Origin: Candidatus Adlerbacteria bacterium
GTDB lineage: Bacteria; Patescibacteriota; Minisyncoccia; Phycocordibacterales; SBAW01
Length of the DNA: 64,000 nt
NCBI GenBank assembly: GCA_028286685.1
Contig: JAQBRA010000005.1
Coordinates: forward strand, 16,726 to 80,725
Direction of reading: 5' to 3'
Position 1 is the first letter of the stretch, and every line of letters starts with the position of its first letter. A program made the position numbers and the translations under genes. This document shows positions 1-9,446 of this stretch, piece by piece. The notes beneath the pieces are model-generated. The model worked only from the letters and a program-made list of their open reading frames with translations. It did not search any database and was not told where the DNA came from.

Positions 1-215
1 TTAAGGTAGATTTTCGTAAAGGCCTCCTGCACGACATCTTCCGCCTCCTGCGGGTCCAGGACGATGCCCCGCGCCTTGCGCAGGAAAGGCTCTTCGTACT
101 TGCGCACAAGCAAGGCAAAAAGTGAGGGGTGGGATACCGAAAGCGCGAGCAATTCCTCGTCGCTGCGCTCCCGAGCTTCACCAAGCAGGTTGTCCATAGC
201 CACACTGTATATCAT
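1..215 (-). CDS. ECF-type RNA polymerase sigma factor, N-terminal part (3' end runs off the window)
   Basis: Minus-strand translation MIYSVAMDNLLGEARERSDEELLALSVSHPSLFALLVRKYEEPFLRKARGIVLDPQEAEDVVQEAFTKIYL matches the sigma-70 region 2 pattern (..AEDxVQExF.K.). ATG at 215; no stop before position 1. Confidence 0.5.
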   Translation of the reverse strand, partial: MIYSVAMDNLLGEARERSDEELLALSVSHPSLFALLVRKYEEPFLRKARGIVLDPQEAEDVVQEAFTKIYL

Positions 216-277
216 GCGCTACCTGTTGCAATCGCTGCACCGGCGCGAAAGTTCCAGCGCCACAGGAATACCTTTGC

Positions 278-1849
278 CTAAACTTCTTCCAAGGACGGGA
301 TGATCTTTACTGTAGCAGAGGCGCTCTTCTGCTGGCCGCTGAGGTCCGTACAGGTAAGCGTATAGGTATTCTCGTGGGCCGCTACCCGGGCCGGTGCCGG
401 AGAAGGGTTTGCAGTCCCTGTCCCTATAGTATTCTGGCCTGCGTCGCGCACAGAGCAGGTATCCGGAGTTATATTGGATGCGGACCAAGTAATGGTGGTG
501 TTGGTCCCTGAGCGGACGCGCACGCTCGGCTGGCCGTTAACTTTTATATCGAGCACTGCCGCGAGCATGCACGAGCTTCCTACCAGCTGATACCCGTCGC
601 TGCATCCGCAGTTTCCAGAAGCGTCGCGGGAGCTGTTCTCAGGCGCTGCAGTCTGGGCGCCGGGAATGTTGAGGCAGAAGTCAAACAGTATGCACGAGGT
701 CCCTGCCAAGTTATAGCCCGGGTTGCAGGCGCAGGTGCCGCCCTGCTCGCTTGCGTTAGGCGGGCAGCTAATGGTGCAGATGCCGCCTTGCAGCTGATAG
801 AACGCGTTGCATACGCAGGAATTACCTTCCGCATGCGCATTCGCCTTGCAGTTAAGGCTCGCGCTCACCGTCAGCGATTTGCTGTAATTATTCCATCCGG
901 GATAGTTGGTAGTCTGTACCGCCGGATAAAAAACATACTGGCCGGGAGCTGTCGGAGTGAAGGCATACGTCTTGTCAGTCGGAGGCACCCAAGTGACCCC
1001 CGGCAAGAGATTGTTTTGGATGTCGTTAATCGCCGTCTTTTCCAGCGCGTCTCCCGTAGCCGCGTCAAACGTAGCAGCAATAGTTACCGGCTCGCCCACA
1101 TCCACGCTCACCGTACCGCTTGAGCCATTGCCGGTAATGGCGACTTCGGGCGGATCTGTAAGGATGCGGACCGAAACGGAAGTCTTCCAGCTGCCCTGGC
1201 CCTTGCACTCGAGCGTATAGGTCGAAACGGTACCTGGGCCTCCTGGCGGATTTACCGATGCGGAGCCCACGAGATTTGATCCGCTATATACGACCGCTCC
1301 TCCCGGCCCGGTCACCGTGGAGCTGTTTGCGTATGAATTTGTCGCAGAGCCGGCGTATTTCGTGCATTTCTGTGAGCCGTCGATGTAGTTGATGGTACGG
1401 TACGGCTGGCAGGCATAGTCGAGCGTAGCGGTGCCGCCGGGAGCAACGCCCGTGGTCATGCCCGAGGAAGATACCGCTCCGCTATTCTGCACGCGGCTGG
1501 CGGCAGTCTGATTGTTTGCGCCGCGCGCGCTTAGGGCGCCCATATAAGGATTGGCGCAGAATGCGCTTTGCCAGCAAAAGTGCGCCCCGCAGCCGTATTT
1601 CGGATCATTCTGCGCGTAGACGGTATCGTCGTTAAGCGGATTGGGATATCCCCCGTCGTACGTCGGCCAATACGCAACCGCAGCGGCGTTACTGGTCGCG
1701 GAATTGTTGACCACGGCTATGCCGCCCTTGATGCCCGAAACCAGGTTAAAGCCGGAGGACAGGAATACCGCCGCTACCACCAAAAGCCCGGCTGCGGCGC
1801 ACATCCCCATGACGGTTAAATGATGGTCTTCGTTGTGGTTCATATACAA
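278..1849 (-). CDS. Large secreted/cell-surface protein A: N-terminal TM/signal anchor, conserved Cys/His-rich N-terminal module, Ig-like domains, EGF-like Cys repeats. Paralog of 27445..30042.
   Basis: 523-aa ORF with a hydrophobic N-terminus. The ~130-aa block AVAYWPTYDGGYPNPLND..YGCGAHFCWQS..TLDYACQPY..NYIDGSQKC is nearly identical to the block in the 865-aa ORF at 27445..30042. Repeated CxCNxGYxLxGxxC motifs; C-terminus ends ..IPSLEEV. Confidence 0.6.
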   Translation of the reverse strand: MYMNHNEDHHLTVMGMCAAAGLLVVAAVFLSSGFNLVSGIKGGIAVVNNSATSNAAAVAYWPTYDGGYPNPLNDDTVYAQNDPKYGCGAHFCWQSAFCANPYMGALSARGANNQTAASRVQNSGAVSSSGMTTGVAPGGTATLDYACQPYRTINYIDGSQKCTKYAGSATNSYANSSTVTGPGGAVVYSGSNLVGSASVNPPGGPGTVSTYTLECKGQGSWKTSVSVRILTDPPEVAITGNGSSGTVSVDVGEPVTIAATFDAATGDALEKTAINDIQNNLLPGVTWVPPTDKTYAFTPTAPGQYVFYPAVQTTNYPGWNNYSKSLTVSASLNCKANAHAEGNSCVCNAFYQLQGGICTISCPPNASEQGGTCACNPGYNLAGTSCILFDFCLNIPGAQTAAPENSSRDASGNCGCSDGYQLVGSSCMLAAVLDIKVNGQPSVRVRSGTNTTITWSASNITPDTCSVRDAGQNTIGTGTANPSPAPARVAAHENTYTLTCTDLSGQQKSASATVKIIPSLEEV

Positions 1850-2002
1850 AAATGGCTGATACCCCTCAAGTATACCTCCTCCCCCGCTTGAAGCTTAGGC
1901 AGTGCCGGGTGGACAAGGTATTGGCTTGCCACTTGTGCCGCGCAAGGCTAGAATGGCCTCACTGCCCTTAGGGGCCCATTTTTTTGGCTAACAGATACAC
2001 CT

Positions 2003-2578
2003 ATGGCAATGCTTGAATACAACGAAATACTGAAGGGCAAGGTAATCCTCTATAACGATGACCCGTATGAGGTCCTGGACGCCCATGTCTTCCGCAAGCA
2101 GCAGCGCAAGCCCGTCAATCAGACCAAGCTGCGCAATATCATTACCGGCAAGGTAACCGAGCAGGCCTTCCACGTATCGGAAAAGGCCGAGGAGGCGGAC
2201 CTCTCGACCAAGGGCGTGAAGTTTCTCTATTCCAACAAGGGCGAGAAATGGTTCTGCGCCGAGAACGACCCCGCCGAGCGCTTCGTGCTCTCGGAGGAGA
2301 CTATCGGCCCGGGATCGAAATTCCTCAAGGCAAATGCCATAGTAGAGGCGCTCATATTTGATGAGAGGATAATCGGCATCAAGGTGCCGATCAAGGTAGA
2401 GCTTAAGGTTACTGAGGCCCCGCCCGCTGTCAAAGGCAATACCGCCCAAGGCGGCTCCAAGCAGATCGTGCTCGAGACCGGCGCCACCGTAGACGCTCCC
2501 CTCTTTATAAACGAAGGCGATGTGGTGCGGATCAATACCGAGACCGGCGACTACGTCGAACGCGTAGACAAGAAGTAG
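2003..2578 (+). CDS. efp: Translation elongation factor P
   Basis: 191 aa, MAMLEYNEILKGKVILYNDDPYEVLD..KPVNQTKLRNIITGKV; typical EF-P length and motifs. Confidence 0.9.
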   Translation: MAMLEYNEILKGKVILYNDDPYEVLDAHVFRKQQRKPVNQTKLRNIITGKVTEQAFHVSEKAEEADLSTKGVKFLYSNKGEKWFCAENDPAERFVLSEETIGPGSKFLKANAIVEALIFDERIIGIKVPIKVELKVTEAPPAVKGNTAQGGSKQIVLETGATVDAPLFINEGDVVRINTETGDYVERVDKK

Positions 2579-2630
2579 GCGCCTCTGTGCCCTTCACACT
2601 TGCGCCATTTGCCTTTGCTAGCATGGGCAT

Positions 2631-2858
2631 GTGCGATACGGTCGAAATTACAGGCCAGCTAATGCAATAACCTATATGTGGAAACAATGGGTAAATGCAG
2701 TCTTAGGACTAGCGGTACTAGCGACTCCGTTTTTAAACCTCTCTAGCGAGACCGCTACGTGGACGCTCGCTATAGCAGGTATTGCAGTCGCCGTATTAGC
2801 CTTGTGGAGCGCAGTAAAGTACTCCCCTGGCCGCCACAGCACATTCGCGCACCGCTAA
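2631..2858 (+). CDS. Small membrane protein (two predicted TM helices), hypothetical
   Basis: 75-aa ORF 50 nt downstream of efp, followed by a strong terminator; hydrophobic stretches LGLAVLATPF and LAIAGIAVAVLALW. Confidence 0.35.
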   Translation: MRYGRNYRPANAITYMWKQWVNAVLGLAVLATPFLNLSSETATWTLAIAGIAVAVLALWSAVKYSPGRHSTFAHR

Positions 2859-2873
2859 ATTGAGCTGCAATAC

Positions 2874-2917
2874 AAAAAGAAAAACCCCCGGCGCCATGCC
2901 GGGGGTTTTTCTTTTTG
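2874..2917. terminator. Bidirectional rho-independent terminator (efp side / rpsR side)
   Basis: aaaaagaaaaacccccggcgccatgccgggggtttttctttttg: GC stem flanked by A- and T-tracts. Confidence 0.65.
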
Positions 2918-2921
2918 TAAG

Positions 2922-3116
2922 TTAGCGGACGATGTACGGGAGGAGCGCCATGAAGCGTGCGCGCTTGATTGCCTCGGCGACGGCACGCTGGTTGGGGGCC
3001 GAGAGGTTGGTGCGGCGGCGCGGCATGATCTTGCCGTGCGGGTTGACGAACTTCTTGAGCGTCTCCGTATCTTTGTAGTCGATGCGGGCGAACTGGGGTA
3101 CGTATTCTTTAGCCAT
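2922..3116 (-). CDS. rpsR: 30S ribosomal protein S18
   Basis: 64 aa, [49 protein letters not shown]. Confidence 0.9.
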   Translation of the reverse strand: MAKEYVPQFARIDYKDTETLKKFVNPHGKIMPRRRTNLSAPNQRAVAEAIKRARFMALLPYIVR

Positions 3117-3165
3117 AATAATGTTAGTTAAATTTTCGGTTTCTTTTTGTAGTTTCTAAGCAAGC

Positions 3166-3642
3166 TTAGAAGGGGATGTCATCAGGATTGATGTCCTCGG
3201 TCGGGTAATCGATGCCATCCTCCTTGGGAGCCTTCTGCGGGGCCTCGGCGTCGCTGTAGCCGCCGCTGCGGGCGCCCGAGGGAGCCGCATCCCCTCCTGA
3301 GGAGTGGCTTCCGGAGTTGCCGGAAGCGCGGGAGCCGAAGGTAACCGACTCGGCCACGATCTCGGTGCGGTACTGCTTGCCCTTCTCCGGAGAGTCCCAG
3401 CTGCGGGTCTGGATGCGGCCATCGACAAGTACCGAGCTGCCCTTCTTGAGGTACTGGGCGCTGGTCTCCGCCTGGCGGCCGAACACGACCACGTTGTGGA
3501 ACTCCGGAACGTCGGTCCACTGCTCGTCCTTCTTAACGCGGCGATTAGTCGCGACGCCGAACGATGCCACCTGCATGCCCGAGGGGAGGTTTTTAAGCTC
3601 CGGGTCGCGGGTAAGATTGCCGTAGAGGATGACTTTATTCAT
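3166..3642 (-). CDS. ssb: Single-stranded DNA-binding protein
   Basis: 158 aa with an OB-fold N-terminus (MNKVILYGNLTRDPEL..), a Gly/Ser-rich linker and a C-terminal DIPF tail. Classic rpsF-ssb-rpsR order. Confidence 0.9.
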   Translation of the reverse strand: MNKVILYGNLTRDPELKNLPSGMQVASFGVATNRRVKKDEQWTDVPEFHNVVVFGRQAETSAQYLKKGSSVLVDGRIQTRSWDSPEKGKQYRTEIVAESVTFGSRASGNSGSHSSGGDAAPSGARSGGYSDAEAPQKAPKEDGIDYPTEDINPDDIPF

Positions 3643-3654
3643 GATTGTATTGTA

Positions 3655-4191
3655 CTACTCGGCGACCAGGGCATCTATCGACTTATCCAGCTCTGCCTCG
3701 GAAACCGGAGCCGCCTTCTCGGCCGGAGCCTCGGGCTTCTTTATCGTCTCCCCTGCCAAGCGGTCAGATCCGAAGACTGCGGCGCGGGCCTTGGGCGGCG
3801 TAATGTCCTCGCGGACGGTCTCTATGATGAGCGAGCGCAATACGTCGCGCGACGCGTTAAGCGCGGCCTCGAGCGCAGGCATCTTCTCGCGGGTTGTGGC
3901 GAACTTGATCCAGCCGAACCATGCCTCGGCGTACTTCTCGCGCTTGCCCTGCGTGGCGCGCTCGACTACGTAGGCCAGCTGCATCTTCTGCGGGTAGCCC
4001 TCGCTGATAAACTCCGCCTCGCCAATGAGCTTGCGGACACCTTCGACTGCAGCACCTACGCCGTCCTCCGCGATAGTAGGGACCAAATGGAAACCGACCT
4101 CATAAATAATGGGTGCACTAGAGACATCGGCCTCGGAGGAGGCTTCAGTCGCTTGGGTAAAGGCCTCTTCGGCCTGCGACGTTTTTGACAT
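3655..4191 (-). CDS. rpsF: 30S ribosomal protein S6 with a C-terminal Ala/Glu/Pro-rich extension
   Basis: YEVGFHLVP..QLAYVVE..WFGWIKF core typical of S6; sits upstream of ssb-rpsR. Start taken at the internal M (MSKTSQ); the ORF track extends to 4215. Confidence 0.75.
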   Translation of the reverse strand: MSKTSQAEEAFTQATEASSEADVSSAPIIYEVGFHLVPTIAEDGVGAAVEGVRKLIGEAEFISEGYPQKMQLAYVVERATQGKREKYAEAWFGWIKFATTREKMPALEAALNASRDVLRSLIIETVREDITPPKARAAVFGSDRLAGETIKKPEAPAEKAAPVSEAELDKSIDALVAE

Positions 4192-4242
4192 ACCAAAACA
4201 CCATACCAGGGACAAGGGCCCTTTGCAACCCCGAAATGCGGG

Positions 4243-5676
4243 CTATATGCCCTCGAGCTTTATCCCCGCCTCCTCGAGCGGCGAGGCGTCATTATGATGG
4301 CGCAGATGTATCTGGGGCAGGAATAGTACGGTCGCGAATGCGCCCAGCATGATAAAGAAGCCGACAAAGAAGACCTGGGTGAGCGCCCCGGTAAAGGCCA
4401 GACCCTCCGAAGCCATATAGAAGTTGAGCAAGCCGCCCAAAAGCGCGGTGCCCACGGTAGCGCCCACCGTGCGGAACATCTGCACCGAGGCAGTAGCGAC
4501 GCCGAGGACCGAAGGCTCGAATGCCCCCTGCACCACCACGGTAAATATCGGGAATGTAGTGCCAAGGCCCAGACCCATAATGATCATGTTGCGCACCAGC
4601 TCAATGTAGCTGGTGGCTTCGGTCATCTGCGAAAAGAGGTACATGCCGAGCGCCGCGACCGCGACCCCGCTAACCGCGAGCCACTTGTACTTGCCCGTGC
4701 GCGAAATGACCTGGCCCGTAATAGTAGAAGCCGCCACGATGCCAAGCATCATGGGCATCAGTATGAGGCCGGCCCCGGTTGCCGTAGTGCCGAGCACATT
4801 CTGCGCAAAGAGCGGCAGGTAGATAATGGAGCCGAACATGCCTATCGCGGTTAAAAATACCGTGCCGACCGAAGCCACGAACGCCCGGCTCTTGAAGAAA
4901 TACATCGGCAAGACGGGATCTTCCGCGAAATACTTCTCCTCCTGCACGAAGTAGTACAGCACGATAGCGGAAGCGCAGAAGAGCCAGATAATGAGCGGCG
5001 AGACCCAAGGATGGGTAGAGCCGCCCCAAACGAGCGCCAATAGGAGCGGCATGAGTCCCGCGCCGATAAGCAGCCCGCCGAAATAATCCAGAGGCTTCTC
5101 GTGCTTGCGGCCGATAGCTGGCAGCGCGAAATAGATCACCGCCATGGCGATAAGCGCCAGCGGAATATTGATATAGAAGATCCAGCGCCAAGACACTGCG
5201 TCGGTGAGCCAGCCGCCAAGCAAGGGGCCGATGACGCTCGAAAGGCCGAACATGGCGCCCAAGAGTCCCTGCCAGCGGCCGCGCTCGCGGGCGCTGAAGA
5301 GGTCCCCTACCAGCGCAAAAGCGTTGACCATAATAGCGCCGCCGCCGATGCCCTGGATGCCGCGGAAAAGGATCAGCTGAAACATCGAAGTAGCGGCGCC
5401 CGAGAGCATGGAGCCGATGAGGAATATGACGATGCCGATAATAAAGAACGCCTTGCGGCCGTAGGTATCGGAGAGCTTTCCGTACAGCGGGACCGTGATA
5501 GTTGAGGCCAGCATATAGGCCGTAAAGACCCACGAGAGGTGCTCGAGCCCGTTAAGCTCTTTTACGATCGAGGGCATCGCCGTCGATACAATGGTTTGGT
5601 CTAAGGCTGCCAATAGCATGGCAAGCATGGCCCCAAACATGGCCAGGGCCTTCGGATTCTTTAGTAATTGCAGCAT
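4243..5676 (-). CDS. MFS transporter, DHA2 (EmrB/QacA-like) drug:H+ antiporter family
   Basis: 477 aa, ~14 hydrophobic segments; N-terminus LAALDQTIVSTAMPSI..YGKLSDTYGRK and GIQGIGGG motifs. Confidence 0.8.
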   Translation of the reverse strand: MLQLLKNPKALAMFGAMLAMLLAALDQTIVSTAMPSIVKELNGLEHLSWVFTAYMLASTITVPLYGKLSDTYGRKAFFIIGIVIFLIGSMLSGAATSMFQLILFRGIQGIGGGAIMVNAFALVGDLFSARERGRWQGLLGAMFGLSSVIGPLLGGWLTDAVSWRWIFYINIPLALIAMAVIYFALPAIGRKHEKPLDYFGGLLIGAGLMPLLLALVWGGSTHPWVSPLIIWLFCASAIVLYYFVQEEKYFAEDPVLPMYFFKSRAFVASVGTVFLTAIGMFGSIIYLPLFAQNVLGTTATGAGLILMPMMLGIVAASTITGQVISRTGKYKWLAVSGVAVAALGMYLFSQMTEATSYIELVRNMIIMGLGLGTTFPIFTVVVQGAFEPSVLGVATASVQMFRTVGATVGTALLGGLLNFYMASEGLAFTGALTQVFFVGFFIMLGAFATVLFLPQIHLRHHNDASPLEEAGIKLEGI

Positions 5677-5695
5677 GCGGGCCAGTCTAGCAGAT

Positions 5696-6463
5696 TTAGA
5701 GATTAAAAACAGATGAAGCGTTTATGACCGTCTGAGCTATTACTTTTTCCACTTCCAACCCCTTTAGGACGGCAATTTTCTCTGCTACTCCCGAAACATA
5801 TACAGGTTCATTGCGCTTGCCGCGGTTAGGTACCGGGGCCGCGTAGGGCGAATCGGTTTCGATAAGCATCCGATCGAGCGGGACAACCCGCATAGAGTCG
5901 TCGTACATGTCGGTATAGGTTACCGGACCTGGAAATGAGAGGTAGCAGCCCAAATCGAGATACATCTGTGCCAGCTCGCCCGTGCCGGTAAAGAAATGGA
6001 TAATGACTGGAACTGTTGGTTTTTTATTTTCCAGAATCGCAAGCATGTCCTCGTGCGCATTGCGGCAATGGATGATCAAGGGCTTTTGGACTTTTTCCGC
6101 CAGCTCCACGTGCTTTTCAAACCTCATCTTTTGTGCGGACTTTTCCTCATCGGTGCCTCCGGAGCGGAAGTAGTCTAAGCCGCACTCCCCTATTGCGACT
6201 ACCCTAGGCTCGCGGGCCAGCGCCTCATATGCCCCCATATCAAATTCCTCGGCCGGATTGTCATTGGGATGCAAGCCGACCGCGGCCCACAAAAAGCTGT
6301 GCTGTTTTGTAAGCTCGAGCGCCGCGCGGCTTGAAGCCAGGTCAACGCCAATAACGACTGCACCCATCTGTGCCTCCTGCATGCGCGCCAAAACTTCTTG
6401 CCGGTCAGTATCGAACTGCGGCATGTACAAGTGGCAATGGGCGTCGAAGAGTTTGAGATCCAT
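5696..6463 (-). CDS. tatD: TatD-family metal-dependent DNase/hydrolase
   Basis: 255 aa, MDLKLFDAHCHL.. and downstream HxH / ETDSPY motifs. Confidence 0.85.
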   Translation of the reverse strand: MDLKLFDAHCHLYMPQFDTDRQEVLARMQEAQMGAVVIGVDLASSRAALELTKQHSFLWAAVGLHPNDNPAEEFDMGAYEALAREPRVVAIGECGLDYFRSGGTDEEKSAQKMRFEKHVELAEKVQKPLIIHCRNAHEDMLAILENKKPTVPVIIHFFTGTGELAQMYLDLGCYLSFPGPVTYTDMYDDSMRVVPLDRMLIETDSPYAAPVPNRGKRNEPVYVSGVAEKIAVLKGLEVEKVIAQTVINASSVFNL

Positions 6464-7896
6464 TAGTCGTGGCGTGCGAAAAGATTTTCCGGCTTCTGGT
6501 TGGCTGCCACGGCATCCTTAATTTTCTTGCTGGTCTCGGGCATGATCGGATTAAGCATGCAGCCTATCACGTAGAGCTCCTGGGTAAGGTCAAAGATTAT
6601 TTTCTTGCCTGCCTCAAGATCGGTCTTTACCAATTTAAAGGGTGCCTGTTCGGTGATTTTCTGGTCCAGCGCCTGGATGCGGCTCCAGATAAATTCCGCC
6701 GCCTTGTTTATCTCAAACTTCTCCATAGCCTGAATGTACTCCGCGGGAAACTCCGCCGCCTCGGGCCGGGTCCCCTGCTCTAGGTGCGTCGCAGCGAGCT
6801 GCATGATGCGCGCCGAAAGATTACCCAAGCCGTTTGCCAAGTCGGCGTTGTACGCATCCTTGAATGCCTCGCGGGTAATGTCCCCGTCCTCAAACGGTGA
6901 GATGTGCCGCGCCAAGAAGCAGCGCACGGCGTCGGTGCCGTACTCGGCCAAGAGCTCCTCAGGGTCAATGACATTGCCCAAGGTCTTGCTCATCTTCTTG
7001 CCGCCCGAGGTTATAAAGCCGTGGACCAATAAAGTTTTGGGGAGCGGCAGGCCGGCCGACAGGAGCATGCCCGGCCAGATGGCTGCATGGAAGCGCAGGA
7101 TATCTTTTCCAATAACATGCATGCCGGGCCAGAATTCTTCATAGAGTTCGCCGCCCTGCCCGTATCCGAGCGCGGTTATGTAGTTAGACAGCGCGTCGCA
7201 CCAGACGTACATAACCTGGCTGTCGTCGCCCGGCACGGGGATGCCCAGGCCCTGCGGCCAGTCGGCCTTGCGCGGGCGCGAGAAGCTGACGTCCTCGAGC
7301 CCCTGCGCTATGAAAGACAGTATTTCTTTTTTGCGCGTAGCCGGAACTATCAGAAGCTCGTCGCTTTCAATCTTTTGCCTGATAGCGTCGGAGTATTTGG
7401 AAAGCCGGAAGAAATAATTTTCCTCCTTGATAAACTCAGGAGCGGTGCCATGGTCGGGGCACTTGCCGTCGACCAGATCCTTCTCGGTTATAAAAGCTTC
7501 GTGGCCGACGCAGTACAGGCCCTCGTACTCCTTCTTATATATGTCGCCCGCCTCTACCAGCTTCTGCCACAGCGCCTGCGCTCCGGGCCAGTGGGCCTTC
7601 TGGTCGGTCGTGCGAATGAACTGGTCGTAGGAAATACTGAGCTCGCTAAAGAGCGAGGAAAACCGGGCCACGATCCCGTCTAAAAACTCCAGCGGCTCCT
7701 TGCCGTCCTTGCGGGCGGCATCGACCATCTTCTGCGTATTCTCGTCCGAGCCGGTAAGGAAATAGGTCTTCTCCCCCATCAGGCGGTGGTAGCGCACCAG
7801 AATATCGCTTACGGTTGTCGTATACGCATGCCCCAAATGCAGCTTTGCATTGGGATAAAAAATAGGCGTCGTTAAGTAAAACTTCTTGTCTGCCAT
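6463..7896 (-). CDS. metG: Methionyl-tRNA synthetase (short form, no C-terminal tRNA-binding domain)
   Basis: 477 aa; class I HLGH (NAKLHLGHAYTT) and KMSKS (KMSKTLGNV) motifs. Confidence 0.9.
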   Translation of the reverse strand: MADKKFYLTTPIFYPNAKLHLGHAYTTTVSDILVRYHRLMGEKTYFLTGSDENTQKMVDAARKDGKEPLEFLDGIVARFSSLFSELSISYDQFIRTTDQKAHWPGAQALWQKLVEAGDIYKKEYEGLYCVGHEAFITEKDLVDGKCPDHGTAPEFIKEENYFFRLSKYSDAIRQKIESDELLIVPATRKKEILSFIAQGLEDVSFSRPRKADWPQGLGIPVPGDDSQVMYVWCDALSNYITALGYGQGGELYEEFWPGMHVIGKDILRFHAAIWPGMLLSAGLPLPKTLLVHGFITSGGKKMSKTLGNVIDPEELLAEYGTDAVRCFLARHISPFEDGDITREAFKDAYNADLANGLGNLSARIMQLAATHLEQGTRPEAAEFPAEYIQAMEKFEINKAAEFIWSRIQALDQKITEQAPFKLVKTDLEAGKKIIFDLTQELYVIGCMLNPIMPETSKKIKDAVAANQKPENLFARHD

Positions 7897-7908
7897 GGTT
7901 ATGTAACC

Positions 7909-8979
7909 CTACTTCGGCTGCCCCTCCGGGGTCAAGCCTTGCCGGGAAAGCTCGCGGGTCTTGCGGCGGTCAATGTCAGCCACCAGCTCCTGGATAGCGC
8001 CCGCGATCGGGACCGAGAGGAGTATACCCAAGAAGCCAGCCAGCTTCGCGCCCACTATTAATGAAAGGATGACCATAAGCGGCGGCACGCCCACCACTTT
8101 CTTAACGACCACGGGGTAAATAAGATGCGCCTCAAACTGCTGCACCACGACGTACAAGCCGGTAACGAGCAGCGCGCCAGTTACTCCGCCGTCCGCAAAT
8201 GCGATAGCGACCGCCGGTATGGCCGCCAGTATCTGGCCGAACACCGGAATAAGCTCAAAGAGCGCCGCGATTACGGCCAAAAGGAGCGCGTTGGGCACGC
8301 CCAGGATAGTGAGCCCGAGGTACAGAAGGACGCCCACGATAGCGCCTAGAATGAGCTGCCCCTGCATCCACTTGCCTATCTTGTCCTGCGAGCGCTTCCA
8401 TAAGTTAAGCACGTAGGCCTGGTGCGCAGTCGGGGTTACCACGCGCAGGAAATCGTCGACACCCGTCTCCTGCACCGAAAAGTAAAACGAGAACACCGCA
8501 ATGAGAATGAAAGACGTTACGCCGCCAAAAAAGCTCGAGACCGTACTGACTATCCCGCCAGTCGCCCCGGAGATGCTTTGTGAAATGCTCTGCAAGAAAT
8601 CGGTCGAAGTAAAAGAGGCACTAAAGTTGGGCAGGAGGCCGTGCGTAGCGTCTGAGAGGCTGAGCGCCGAGAGAGTGGCCGGCAGGCGCGAGAAGAAGTT
8701 GATGGCATCCTCCAGAAGCGGCGGCAGGAATAAAAAGAGGACGCTGAAGAATACCGCCGCCACCGACGCGTATATAAGTATGACGCTGAACACGCGGTTG
8801 ATCCGGTAACGGCGCAGGGCCACAATCCCCGGCTCCATAGCTGAAGCGATGACGACCGCCGTCAAAACAATAAGCACCACATCGCGCAAGAACCACAACA
8901 GGCCCGCCAGCGCGGCGAACAAAAACACCATGGCGATGGTCCCGGCGGTGATCGTGACGCTGGCAGCGGAGCGTTCCAT
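7909..8979 (-). CDS. AI-2E family transporter (PerM/YhhT-like)
   Basis: 356-aa polytopic membrane protein with the characteristic C-terminal half ..LIPVFGQILAAIPAV..VVQQFEAHLIYPVVV... Confidence 0.7.
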   Translation of the reverse strand: MERSAASVTITAGTIAMVFLFAALAGLLWFLRDVVLIVLTAVVIASAMEPGIVALRRYRINRVFSVILIYASVAAVFFSVLFLFLPPLLEDAINFFSRLPATLSALSLSDATHGLLPNFSASFTSTDFLQSISQSISGATGGIVSTVSSFFGGVTSFILIAVFSFYFSVQETGVDDFLRVVTPTAHQAYVLNLWKRSQDKIGKWMQGQLILGAIVGVLLYLGLTILGVPNALLLAVIAALFELIPVFGQILAAIPAVAIAFADGGVTGALLVTGLYVVVQQFEAHLIYPVVVKKVVGVPPLMVILSLIVGAKLAGFLGILLSVPIAGAIQELVADIDRRKTRELSRQGLTPEGQPK

Positions 8980-9023
8980 GGCCCTACTGTAGCATATTGC
9001 CCCGCCTGTAACTGAATGGTACA

Positions 9024-9374
9024 GTGCGGGCGGACATAAACAGGAAGAAGCTCATGACTCGTTTCGTTGATTGCGACCCTAACCTGAGAGAGATGGAAGA
9101 GAAGCTTGTGGAGGCGCGCGCCGCAGGACACACGCGCATGTTCGCCTTGGGGTATGAGCCTGATTTGCCCATGCAGTGGCACAGCCGCAAAGACGAGCAG
9201 AAAATGAAGGAATACCTCGACTCACGCGAAAAATCCGAGAGCACTTTGTTCAATTGCGCCGTCGCTGTCGTGGTAGTCAATCCGCAAGATAGCGACGAGA
9301 CCATTAAATCAATCATCGCTGCCAAACAGCCACGAAAAAACGAAGGCCCGGGCTATTTCTGTGAGGCATGGTGA
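9024..9374 (+). CDS. Hypothetical protein
   Basis: 116-aa ORF followed by a hairpin terminator; no recognisable motifs. Confidence 0.3.
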   Translation: MRADINRKKLMTRFVDCDPNLREMEEKLVEARAAGHTRMFALGYEPDLPMQWHSRKDEQKMKEYLDSREKSESTLFNCAVAVVVVNPQDSDETIKSIIAAKQPRKNEGPGYFCEAW

Positions 9375-9380
9375 TACGAC

Positions 9381-9416
9381 AAAAAGCGGCGGTCGAAAGA
9401 CCGCCCTTTTTCTTTT
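9381..9416 (+). terminator. Rho-independent terminator
   Basis: aaaaagcggcggtcgaaagaccgccctttttctttt. Confidence 0.55.
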
Positions 9417-9446
9417 ACTCAACTACGTAGCTAATTACGTAATTAG

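Noticed and set aside
64-488. ORFs 64..303 (+) and 219..488 (-)
   Set aside because: They overlap the clear sigma-factor reading frame (1..215, minus strand) and the end of surface protein A. No motifs, Arg/Ser-rich composition typical of GC-rich shadow frames.
3304-4188. 294-aa plus-strand ORF antisense to ssb/rpsF (and similar long antisense ORFs, e.g. 9762..10652, 19876..20580, 20998..21996, 47867..48646, 55983..57119)
   Set aside because: Each lies entirely opposite a confidently identified conserved gene. Their translations are Arg/Ala/Leu-rich low-complexity sequence with no domains, the usual high-GC antisense artefact.
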